From NCBI GenBank assembly GCA_963765205.1, contig CAVXVB010000002.1, forward strand, positions 1-64,000: a stretch of DNA of 64,000 nt, in the 5' to 3' direction. Shown piece after piece: positions 1 through 9,651 of this stretch. How positions within the stretch are numbered: the stretch's first letter is position 1; every line of letters begins with the position of its first letter. The notes beneath the pieces are model-generated. The model was not told the DNA's origin and searched no databases. It saw only the letters and a program-made list of their open reading frames with translations. Made by a program: the position numbers and the translations under genes. The DNA is from an uncultured Verrucomicrobiae bacterium. Lineage in GTDB: Bacteria > Verrucomicrobiota > Verrucomicrobiia > Opitutales > JABDGR01.

Positions 1-6
1 ATTGCT

Positions 7-3000
7 CCAAGGTGGGCGAGAGAGAATTTATGCTCGCGCAGGCATGTCCTTGCTCGAGCGCGGCGTTCCGCACCACATGCTGCCCGCCCGTCAGTGCCAG
101 TCGGAGAGCGCGCCGGCTTCGTAGGCGTGAGGAGTGAGCGTCCGTGATTTTTGACGGCTTCTAGTGCCCGCGACCGCCGGAGACCGGCGGCGAGGGCCGC
201 GCCTTCGCGCAGGCGTTGCCCGGTCCGTTCTCCAGAGCGTGCTTTGGGAGAGGGACGGGGTCCTCTGCGGGGAAAAAATGCAACGCCACCACGCCGAACC
301 GGCCGCGCGCAGGAGGCCGCGCGCAGTTTGCGGCCGCGCACTGCAAGAATCCAGAAAGGGCGTGGTGCTCTTTTCCCGCACGACGCAGCGCGCCCGCCGG
401 GCCATTGACCAGCCCGACGAACAATTCATCGCCGGGTTCGCAACACCTCGCGGATGCTGCGCGCGCGGGTCACCGGGCGCCAGGTGCTTCGGCGGTCGTT
501 TCAAAGAGGATGAGAGTCGACGGGAAGGGCGGAATGTAAAACGTAAAATACATGATGGGAAATGAAAGAGTGGAAATGGAAGAAAGAAGCCGAGGGCGCA
601 GGGTGGGTTACGGGTGTCGCGCCGCGTTCCTGCCAAGGGGAGAGTTTCGCGGAAAACACCACCCTTAACCGCGGACGCGAAACAACTCTCAGACCTGCGT
701 GTCAAATCCTTTCCCTATGAAAACCTTCCTAACTCGACCACTCTCGCCGGTCGCCGCAATTTAGGCCTATAACGACCTGAACACGGATCTGACCCCGGAT
801 GTGTCGCAGAAGGGCTATGTACGCCTATGACCAGAACGGAACCCGACGGTCACGGCGGTGTTGGCCAACTGGGAAACGAGACCCGGCCAACCGACCCCAC
901 CGAGCGGCTCGAATTAGGCGGGTGGGTCACAAGCACGGCACGGCAACGTTGCCATCCGGGGCGGTCATGACGGGCGGCGTCGTCACCATATTCCAGCAAG
1001 CGTCGCGTTCGGGGAATCCGACCAGCCGCCACCCACGAGCACCAAGTCGGTAGCCGCTACGGCGTCGCTTTGCTCTGATTTTCGAGGAGACGAGCGAAAA
1101 CTCTACGTTGATGGATCTGGCCCTGGTCTAGGGAAAAGTCGTAGGCCTGCGCTTGTCGTCCTCGACGCGAGGGCCGCGCCCGCGGTTCGGCGAGAACGGA
1201 ACCAACGCGGTTTCTGAGCTTCAAGCCAGGCTTAGACGGTGTTGCGGTAGGCCAAAAGGTCTCCTTGTAAAGCCGCTTTGGCCTGCTCGATGGGGCGGGA
1301 AAGTTTGTGAACTTTGAGGACTGCCAATTGCTCGGCCCCCACGACCAGGAACCGCGAGGCCCATCGGCTCAATTGGCCGATGCTGGCCCGGGAAATCGAG
1401 CGCGCGCCGGAGCGAAAACTGGGATACGGCCATGGCGACGCACACGGCGGTGTGCAATTTTCGGGCGGACGCCCGGCTAAATCCGCCGGCAGCGGCCGAT
1501 TGGGGTTCCCGCCAGTTTTTGGCCCATTTTTAGGCAACGGCTGAGACCGGGTTCAATTTGTTGGAGCGCGCCCGAGAGTTTGCCTGCTGGTGTTTGTACC
1601 CAGTTTGCTGGCCAGGCCGGCCTGCCGAGTCCGTGATTTTGAGCGTGTGCTGCTCGTCATCGACTTTTACGCGCATTTCGCAAGCAGCTGTTGGCAGAAT
1701 CCACGTAACGACCCCACTTCCGCCATGCTCAAGGTGTCCCGGCGGGTTTCAATCGCTGCCTTATATTTCGATGGTCGGTTGGAAGGCCGCGTGCTGCGAA
1801 AAGTATCGAGTTCCCAAGCTGCATCAGTACCAGGCGCTCCCCGACGTATACGAGCCGCGCTCCCCCGGAACCGAGGGGAACAACGCATCATGACCGACCG
1901 TGTGCTGTGCGGAATTTGGGCCTTGGCCGCACGGTCCGTCCGTGCGGCTCTAGTTTCAATGCTGTCGCCGAACTGCGTCCACCAATCCACGGCAGTGACG
2001 GGCGAGGGGGCCGAGGTGGCTGGCGGTGGCCGCGCCGTCTGGTTCGCGTCCACCCAGTTGGCGGAGTCTGAACCGTGGGCGGCTGGAATGACGATGCGAG
2101 CCAAGGCCAGCACGGCCAGAGCCAAAGCGCGCGCGCCGACAGGCGAGAGAAGCGGGTGGGGTTTCATTCGTAGCGCAGGGCTTCGATGGGGTCGAGCGGC
2201 AGGTTTCCACGCCGGGATAGAATCCAAAGATGGATGCCCACGCCGGCAGCAGCGAGGGCGGCCGCGGATGTCGCCCAGTGCAGTGCCCGTGACCACAATG
2301 AAAACGCGGCCAAAAATGAGGCCGATCAGGCCGATAGGCACAGCACGACGGCTTCCACGAGGAACTGTTTCAAAATTACCGCCTACCGCCATGCGCAGGC
2401 CGGTATCTCGCGCGTGCGTTCCGTGACGGGACACCATACCCACCCCTGATTCCGACGCCGCCGACCACGAGGGAAACATGGCCGCAGAGAGAGGCCGCGT
2501 GATCCGGCTGGCGGAGGGTGAGGGTGTTGGTCATCTGGGCTCATGTTGCGGATGGTAAAGTCATCCGGCTCATCCGACTTGATGTGGTGGCGGTCGTGCA
2601 ATGGGGCGGCGATTTGTCGGTGGATCGTCCTTTGTTGAACGGCGCCAGCCGAGGATTTGGTTATATTGGGCAAATGTCATTACTGTAATTGTCTGGGCCA
2701 CCACGCGGCGCTCACTATCGGGAAACTCATCCCGTTGTTTTGGTCACGGACGCAGTGGGAACTGAGTTGCCGGTGGAACGCAGGTGCCGCCACTGCCGGT
2801 CCATGCGGTATTTCACTCGTTGTCCACTGGATGACGAGGATATCGCGACTATTAGGTCCGGCGGTCAGCACGCCGATGACTTTCAGCCAGCTTTGGAGGC
2901 GCACTTCCTGGCCATCGTCGCGGTTTTCGCCGGAAGCTGGGTCTTGACTCGGCGAATCACGCACTTGTTGGCGTTACCAGGTCGCTGAGGGGGCACCTTC

Positions 3001-3177
3001 GGCCATCTTCAGTCGCGCAACACCAGGAAGTCCGCGCGGGACCGTTGTGCACCCGGAGTTCTCGTTGCCATAAATGACCTGCCCGCGCGCGCGCACCACC
3101 GGCGCCACGGTGCTCACCGCCGGGCAGTTCGTGGCCACAGCCGTCGCGTCATCGGGCGTGAGCGACACCCCCGTGCC
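7..3177 (-). repeat. Degenerate inverted copy of 3370-7200 (probable fold-back/chimeric read artefact)
   Basis: 7-47 is the reverse complement of ~7160-7200 and 3064-3177 of ~3370-3490. Scrambled fragments of rsmE, the lipoprotein, the OMF and macB lie between in mirror order. Arm is 3171 bp vs 3831 bp, with many deletions and no intact ORF. Confidence 0.93.
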
Positions 3178-4518
3178 ATCCGGCGCAATGTGCTGCGCTC
3201 GGCATTGACGTGCTTGGGCATCATCATCGCCGTCGCCGCCGTCATCGCCATGGTGGAAATCGGCAACGGTTCCTCGACGGCGATCAGCAAGACCATCGAA
3301 AGCATGGGCGCGAACATCCTGATGGTTTTCCCAGGCGCGGCCAGCAGCGCGGGCATCAGCTTCGGGGCGGGCACGGGGGTGTCGCTCACGCCCGATGACG
3401 CGACGGCTGTGGCCACGAACTGCCCGGCGGTGAGCACCGTGGCGCCGGTGGTGCGCGCGCGCGGGCAGGTCATTTATGGCAACAAGAACTGGGTGCCGCA
3501 AAACATCCAGGGCACCACGCCGGACTTCCTGGTGTTGCGCGACTGGGAGGATATGGCCGAAGGCATCCCGTTCAGCGACCTCGACGTGCGCAACGCCAAC
3601 AAAGTCTGCGTGATTGGCCAAACCATCAAGACCCAGCTTTTCGGCGACGAGGACCCGATCGGCCAGGAAGTGCGCCTCCAAAGCGTCGGGCTGAAAGTCA
3701 TCGGCGTGCTGACCGCCAAGGGAGCCAACCTCATGGGTCAGGATCAGGACGATATCCTCGTCATCCCATGGACGACGGTGAAATACCGCATCAACGGCAG
3801 TGGCGGCACCTCGGGTTCCACCGGCAACTCGGCGACCACCTCCACTGCGTCGTCCAACCAAAACAACGGGATGGCCACTTTTCCCGATGCCAGCCAAGTG
3901 TTTTATGACGCCGCGTCGAACACGGAGACCCAGGACAACCCGCTGATGACCAAGTTTGCCAATATTGACCAAATCCTCGCTGGCGCCGATTCGACGAAGG
4001 ACATCCCACTGGCCCTCGAACAAATCACCGCCGTATTGCACGACCGCCACCACATCAAGTCGGATGAGCCGGATGACTTTACCATCCGCAACATGACCGA
4101 GATGACCAACACCCTCACCTCCGCCAGCCGGATGATGACGCAGTTGTTGCTCGTCGTGGCCATGATTTCCCTCGTGGTCGGCGGCGTCGGAATCATGAAC
4201 ATCATGATGGTGTCCGTCACGGAACGCACGCGCGAGATCGGCCTGCGCATGGCGGTCGGCGCGAAGGCGCGGGATATTTTGAAACAGTTCCTCGTGGAAG
4301 CCGTCGTGCTGTGCCTTATCGGCGGCCTGATCGGCCTCATTTTTGGCCGCGTTTGCTCCATTGTGGTCACGGCCGTCATGCACTGGCCGACCAAGCCTTC
4401 TTATGCCGCCGCCGTGGCCGCCCTCGCCGTATCTGCCGGCGTGGGCATCGTCTTTGGATTCTATCCGGCGTGGAAAGCCTCCCGCCTCGACCCCATCGAA
4501 GCCCTGCGCTACGAATGA
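3178..4518 (+). CDS. MacB-family ABC transporter permease, 5'-truncated at the fold-back junction
   Basis: IRRNVLRSALTCLGIIIAVAAVIAM N-terminus, GGVGIMNIMMVSVTERTREIGLRMAVGA, C-terminal PAWKASRLDPIEALRYE. The frame is open back to the junction and the true start is missing. Confidence 0.9.
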   Translation: MRRNVLRSALTCLGIIIAVAAVIAMVEIGNGSSTAISKTIESMGANILMVFPGAASSAGISFGAGTGVSLTPDDATAVATNCPAVSTVAPVVRARGQVIYGNKNWVPQNIQGTTPDFLVLRDWEDMAEGIPFSDLDVRNANKVCVIGQTIKTQLFGDEDPIGQEVRLQSVGLKVIGVLTAKGANLMGQDQDDILVIPWTTVKYRINGSGGTSGSTGNSATTSTASSNQNNGMATFPDASQVFYDAASNTETQDNPLMTKFANIDQILAGADSTKDIPLALEQITAVLHDRHHIKSDEPDDFTIRNMTEMTNTLTSASRMMTQLLLVVAMISLVVGGVGIMNIMMVSVTERTREIGLRMAVGAKARDILKQFLVEAVVLCLIGGLIGLIFGRVCSIVVTAVMHWPTKPSYAAAVAALAVSAGVGIVFGFYPAWKASRLDPIEALRYE

Positions 4519-6059
4519 AACCCCACCCGCTTATTTCTTCTCTCGCCTGTGGCGCGCGCGCCTTGGCTCTGGCCAGCCTGCTGGCCTTGGCCGGTTGCGC
4601 CGTCGGTCCGGACTTCCAGCCGCCCACGGTCCAGACTCCCGCCAACTGGGTGGACGCGAACCAACCCGCCCGCGCGGCCACCGCCAGCCACCTCGCCCCC
4701 TCGCCCGTCACTGCCGTGGATTGGTGGACGCAGTTCGGCGACGACGAATTGAATAAACTCGTGCGCGAAGCCGCGGCGGAAAACTTGACCGTGCTCCAGG
4801 CCGAGGCCCAAATTCGCGCCGCGCGCGCCACGGTCAGCGTGGTCAATGCCGGTTTGTTCCCCTCGGTTTCCGGTAGCGGCTCGTATACGCGTCGGGGAGC
4901 GCCTAATATTCCCACCACCGGCTCATTTCTGGCCGGCCTTGATGCGGCTTGGGAACTCGATATTTTTGGCGGCACACGGCGTTCGACCGAGGCGGCTGTC
5001 GCCAACCTGGGCAAGACGATTGAAACCCGCCGGGACACCTTGATCACCCTCGTGGCGGAAGTGGGGGTTGATTACATCAATTTGCGCTCCCAACAGCAGC
5101 TCTTGGAAATTGCGCATAAAAGCCTCGATGACGAGCAGCACACGCTCAAAATCACCCAGGACCGCTGGCAGGCCGGCCTGGCCAGCAAACTGGACTACGA
5201 AAACGCCAAGTCCGCCGCCGATGCCACCCTCGCGCAAATCCCCCCGCTCGAAGCCGCCATCCGCACCGATATTTATGCGCTGAGTTTGTTGCTGAGCCGC
5301 GACCCGGGCGCGCTCCTCGACGAATTGAACCCGGTCCAGCCGTTGCCTAAATCGCCCGACCAGATTCCCATCGGCCTGCCGGCGGATTTATTGCGCCGCC
5401 GGGCGGACATCCGCGCCGCCGAAGAACAATTGCACGCCGACACCGCCAATATCGGCGTCGCCATCGCCCAGTATTATCCCCAGTTTTCGCTCAGCGGCGC
5501 GCTCGATTTCCAAGGGGCCAGCATCGGCCAATTGAGCCAATGGGCCTCGCGGTCCTGGTCGTGGGGGCCGAGCTTCAACTGGCAGATCCTCGAAGCCGGC
5601 AAACTTTCCGCCCAAGTCGAGCAGGCCAAAGCGGCTTTACAAGGAGACCTTTTCGCCTACCACAACACCGTGCTGACCGCCTTGAACAACGTCGAAACCG
5701 CGTTGGTTTCGTTCTCCACCGAACAGCAGCACGGCGCGGCCCTGCGCGCAGTCGAGGACGACAACCAGCAGGCCTACGACCTTTCCCTGCAACTCTACAC
5801 CCAGGGCCAGATCGAATTCATCAACGTGCTCAGCGCCGAGCTTTCGCTCGTCTCCTCGAAAAACCAAGTCGAGCAAAGCGACGCCACGGTGGCGACCGAC
5901 TTGGTGGCGCTGTTCAAGGCCCTCGGTGGCGGCTGGTCGGAATTCCCCGAACGCGACGCCGATTTGCTGGAATATGGTGACGGGCCGCCGGACGCGCCGC
6001 CCGTCATGAAATCAACCTACCGCCCCGGACCGAATAACAACGTTGCCGTGCCGCATTAA
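4515..6059 (+). CDS. NodT/OprM-family efflux outer membrane factor lipoprotein
   Basis: Lipobox LAGC, WELDIFGG, LLRRRADIRAAE, LFKALGGGW. ATGA overlap with the macB stop. Confidence 0.92.
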   Translation: MKPHPLISSLACGARALALASLLALAGCAVGPDFQPPTVQTPANWVDANQPARAATASHLAPSPVTAVDWWTQFGDDELNKLVREAAAENLTVLQAEAQIRAARATVSVVNAGLFPSVSGSGSYTRRGAPNIPTTGSFLAGLDAAWELDIFGGTRRSTEAAVANLGKTIETRRDTLITLVAEVGVDYINLRSQQQLLEIAHKSLDDEQHTLKITQDRWQAGLASKLDYENAKSAADATLAQIPPLEAAIRTDIYALSLLLSRDPGALLDELNPVQPLPKSPDQIPIGLPADLLRRRADIRAAEEQLHADTANIGVAIAQYYPQFSLSGALDFQGASIGQLSQWASRSWSWGPSFNWQILEAGKLSAQVEQAKAALQGDLFAYHNTVLTALNNVETALVSFSTEQQHGAALRAVEDDNQQAYDLSLQLYTQGQIEFINVLSAELSLVSSKNQVEQSDATVATDLVALFKALGGGWSEFPERDADLLEYGDGPPDAPPVMKSTYRPGPNNNVAVPH

Positions 6060-6098
6060 CCCAAGCCGCCCATCCCGGTCTTAATAATATTCACCCGC

Positions 6099-6335
6099 CT
6101 AATTCGAGCCGCTCGCAGCATGGGCGGTCGGGTTGGCCGGGTCACTGGTTCCCGTCGCCGGCGCCGGCGTGACCGTCGGGTTGCCGTTCTGGTCATAGGA
6201 GCGTACATAGCCCTTCTGCGACACATCCGGGGTCAGATCCGTGTTCAGGGTCGTTTCATTATAGCCTAAATTGCGGCAACCGGCCAATCCAGCCAGCAAG
6301 AGTATGGTGGAGAAAAGCTTTAGGAAGGTTTTCAT
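6099..6335 (-). CDS. Small hypothetical lipoprotein (78 aa)
   Basis: MKTFLKLFSTILLLAGLAGC signal with lipobox. Confidence 0.7.
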   Translation of the reverse strand: MKTFLKLFSTILLLAGLAGCRNLGYNETTLNTDLTPDVSQKGYVRSYDQNGNPTVTPAPATGTSDPANPTAHAASGSN

Positions 6336-6547
6336 AGGGAAAGGATTTGACACGCAGGTATGAGAGTTGTTTCGCGTCCGCCCGGTTAAGGGTGGTATTT
6401 TGCCGCAAAACCCTCCCCTTGGCAAGATAAGGAACGCAGCCAGCAACACCCCGATTAATTCCGCCCTGCGCCCTCGGCTTCTTTCTTCCATTTTCCATCT
6501 TTCATTTCCCATCATGTATTTTACGTTTTACATTCCGCATTTCCCGC

Positions 6548-7276
6548 ATGAACCTCGTCCTCTTTGAAACGACCGCCGAAGCCGCACGCCTGGCGCCCGG
6601 TGACCCGCGCGCGCGGCATATCCGCGAGGTGCTGCGAATGAAACCCGGCGATGAATTGTTCGTCGGGCTGGTCAATGGCCCGCGCGGCCGGGCGACGCTC
6701 GCCGACGAGGAGGGCGGCGGGCTGCGTCTCGCCATCCAGTGGGAGGAAAAAATCGAGCCGCCGCGCCCCTTCTGGATTCTTGCGGGGCTGCCGCGGCCGC
6801 AAACTGCGCGCGGCCTCCTGCGCGCGGCCGCGACGTTCGGCGTGGTGGCGTTGCATTTTTTCCCCGCAGAAAAGGGCGAGCCGTCCTACTCCCAAAGCAC
6901 GCTCTGGAAAACAGACGAATGGCGGCAACGCCTGCGCGAAGGCGCGGCCCAGGCCTTCGCCACCAGTGTTCCGGCAGTCGCGCGGCACGAATCGTTGCGT
7001 GAAGCCGTGGAAAAAATCACGGAGACCGCGCCGAAAAATTCCGCACTCCTCGCGCTGGACCTTTACGAAGCCGGCGCACCGCTGTCCCAACTGGCGCCCG
7101 CGGGCGGGCCGGTCGTGCTGGCCCTCGGTGCGGAACGCGGCTGGTCCGCCGGCGAGAGGGACATCCTGCGCGAGCATAAATTCTCTCTCGCCCACCTTGG
7201 CCCGCGCGTGCTGCGCACCGAAACCGCCCTCATCGCCGGCTTGAGCGTGCTGCTGGCAAAGCAGGGAGAGTTTTAA
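6548..7276 (+). CDS. rsmE: 16S rRNA m3U1498 methyltransferase RsmE
   Basis: HIREVLRMKPGD, GAERGW, LGPRVLRTETA SPOUT motifs. Confidence 0.9.
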   Translation: MNLVLFETTAEAARLAPGDPRARHIREVLRMKPGDELFVGLVNGPRGRATLADEEGGGLRLAIQWEEKIEPPRPFWILAGLPRPQTARGLLRAAATFGVVALHFFPAEKGEPSYSQSTLWKTDEWRQRLREGAAQAFATSVPAVARHESLREAVEKITETAPKNSALLALDLYEAGAPLSQLAPAGGPVVLALGAERGWSAGERDILREHKFSLAHLGPRVLRTETALIAGLSVLLAKQGEF

Positions 7277-7436
7277 CTCGAATTACCGTCACCGGATTTT
7301 CTTGAACCACTCTCTTATTTGCCGAGTGAATCTGCGTCCCTTTCAATTGACGCGGTCCCGTCGCCACAACCAGTTACGAACACGGCGACAAAAATGAATA
7401 AATACAATTGATTCATTTTATCCCCAGGTATTCAGT

Positions 7437-8660
7437 TTACCTTCGGCGTTTGAAGGCGCCGCCGCCGGGGGGGGCGAAGCCGCGATTGCGGCGCTTGGGG
7501 GCGGCGGGGGCGGCGGAGGTCAGGAGATTTGGCTCGGTGCGGTAGGGGAAGTTCTCCAACTTGCGGCGTTCGATGGGGCGGCCGATGAGTTTTTCGATTT
7601 GGGCCAGATAGGTGGATTCGTCGGAGGAGAAGAGGGTGTAGGCCTCGCCTTCGCGCAGGGCGCGGCCGGTGCGGCCGATGCGGTGGACGTAGTCCTCGGG
7701 GTGGTGGGGGACGTTGTAATTGATGACGTGGCTGATGCCGGCGATGTCGAGGCCGCGGGCGGCGATGTCGGTGGCGACGAGGATGTCGAACTTGCCGCTT
7801 TTGAAACCGGCGAGGGCTTCGGTGCGCTCTTTTTGCGAGCGGTCGGCGTGCATGACGGTGACGGGGTGGTCGTGGGCGTCAAGCCATTCGGCGATGCGGT
7901 CGGCGTCGCGCTTGGTGCGGGTAAAGACGAGGACGCTGTGATATTCCATCTGCTCGAACATGGCGAGGAGCAGGTCGTATTTCTGGATGCCGTCCACGGG
8001 GAAGACGGCGTGGTCCACGGTGTCGGCGGGGCTGACGCGCAGGCCGATGTTCACGTCCACAGGGTCACGCATGTAGCCGGAGATGAGGCGTTTGATGGCG
8101 TCGGCGACGGTGGCGGAAAAGAGGAGGGTCTGCCGGTTGCGCGGGCATTGGTTGAGAATGCGCGAGACATCGTCAATGAAGCCGAGGTCCAACATCCGGT
8201 CCACTTCGTCGAGGACGACGATTTCGAGGTTTTTGAAATTGAGGTTGCGTTGTTCGAGGTGGTCGAGGAGGCGGCCGGGGGTGGCGACGACGATGTCGGC
8301 GCCGGCGTGGAGGCCGTCCAACTGCGGGCCGTAGCCGACGCCGCCGTGGAGGAGGGCGACGCGGCAGTTGCCGTGAACGCCATAGGCGCGGAACTGTTCG
8401 TCCACCTGCGCGGCGAGTTCGCGGGTGGGTTCGAGGACGAGAACGCGGGGGCCAGCGGGTTTGTGCGCGCCGAGGCGGGCGAGGGCGGGGAGGGCGAAGG
8501 CGGCAGTTTTGCCGGTGCCGGTCTGGGCCGAGCCGACCACGTCACGCCCTTGCAAGAGCACGGGGATGGCCTGAACCTGAATGGGGGTGGGGTTGGTGTA
8601 GCCTTTTTCGGTGACCGCCCGGACAAGTTCCGGGGGCAGGCCAAGTTCCGCGAATGTCAT
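7437..8660 (-). CDS. DEAD-box RNA helicase (RhlE-like)
   Basis: Q motif PTPIQ, AQTGTGKT, PTRELA, DEVD, SAT, HRIGRTGR. Confidence 0.93.
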   Translation of the reverse strand: MTFAELGLPPELVRAVTEKGYTNPTPIQVQAIPVLLQGRDVVGSAQTGTGKTAAFALPALARLGAHKPAGPRVLVLEPTRELAAQVDEQFRAYGVHGNCRVALLHGGVGYGPQLDGLHAGADIVVATPGRLLDHLEQRNLNFKNLEIVVLDEVDRMLDLGFIDDVSRILNQCPRNRQTLLFSATVADAIKRLISGYMRDPVDVNIGLRVSPADTVDHAVFPVDGIQKYDLLLAMFEQMEYHSVLVFTRTKRDADRIAEWLDAHDHPVTVMHADRSQKERTEALAGFKSGKFDILVATDIAARGLDIAGISHVINYNVPHHPEDYVHRIGRTGRALREGEAYTLFSSDESTYLAQIEKLIGRPIERRKLENFPYRTEPNLLTSAAPAAPKRRNRGFAPPGGGAFKRRR

Positions 8661-8891
8661 AGATGTAAAGAGTGAAAGTAAGCTTGCGCGGGGCAGGACA
8701 CAAGGACGAAGTGGCGGGACAAGGTGGGCCTGAACGCTCAACGCTTAACTTTTAACGTTCAAGTAGGCGAATTTCTGTGGTGGTTGACGGCACGGAAATT
8801 TTTCTGGTCATCAGAATTGAGCGTTAAAAGTTGAACGTTTTGGCAATTTGAGATTTCCACGGCTGGTTGGGGTGGGTTAGGCTCGGCGGCC

Positions 8892-9545
8892 ATGGGGGAG
8901 CATCATGAATCGAAGGCCGCCGTTTTGGCGGAGGAAAAGGACACGGGCCGGCTGGAGGCGTTCAGCGACGGGGTGTTCGCGTTTGCGATCACGCTGCTGG
9001 CGGTGGATGTGAAGTTGCCGCGCGGGGGCGTGGCGACATCCGCGGATTTGCTGGGGAACTTGCGCGATGCATGGCCGAATTACCTGATCTTCATCACGAG
9101 TTTCTTTTGCGTGCTGATCATGTGGGTGCATCACCACAACCTGTTCCGCCTGGTGCGGCGGGTGGACACGCCGCTGTTGTTTGCGAATGGTTTTCTGTTG
9201 ATGATGGTGACATTGGCGCCGTTTCCGACCGCGGTGGTGGCGGACAATTTGCGCACCCCGGCGGCATCCGCCGCCTGCGCGTTTTATGCGGGGTATTCGG
9301 TGTTGGTCAGCGTGGCTTTTTACCTGCTGTTGATGGCGGCGCTGCGCCGGGCAGTGTGTTCGTCGAGCCTGACGAATGAAGGGCTGCGGCGGTATCGGGC
9401 GGGCTACCGGCTGGGACCGCCGTTGTATTTGGTGGCGATGGCGGTGGCCTACGTGAGTCCGTGGTTGACGATGGGCATTTGCACGGCGCTGTGGATTTTT
9501 TGGGCGTCCATGACGCGGATGGTGAACTCCGCCGGGGAAGTATAA
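8892..9545 (+). CDS. TMEM175 (DUF1211) family potassium channel
   Basis: RLEAFSDGVFAFAITLL signature and about six TM helices. Confidence 0.85.
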   Translation: MGEHHESKAAVLAEEKDTGRLEAFSDGVFAFAITLLAVDVKLPRGGVATSADLLGNLRDAWPNYLIFITSFFCVLIMWVHHHNLFRLVRRVDTPLLFANGFLLMMVTLAPFPTAVVADNLRTPAASAACAFYAGYSVLVSVAFYLLLMAALRRAVCSSSLTNEGLRRYRAGYRLGPPLYLVAMAVAYVSPWLTMGICTALWIFWASMTRMVNSAGEV

Positions 9546-9651
9546 TCGGGGGCGGCAAGCTCTGAAGGCTCGACGGCTAATGGATGGTATGGACTGAATG
9601 AACGATGGGCGACGGCTTTGACGGAAACCCAAAAGCGTCATGGAATGGGCA

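Noticed and set aside
1..3177. ORFs such as 91-705, 1590-2426 and 1667-2479 that contain pieces of RsmE, OMF and MacB
   Set aside because: They are scrambled products of the degenerate inverted copy, not independent genes or a pseudogene island.
7330..7420. Three small hairpins between convergent rsmE and helicase genes as an sRNA or riboswitch
   Set aside because: The stems are short with no recognisable family motif; at most a terminator region.
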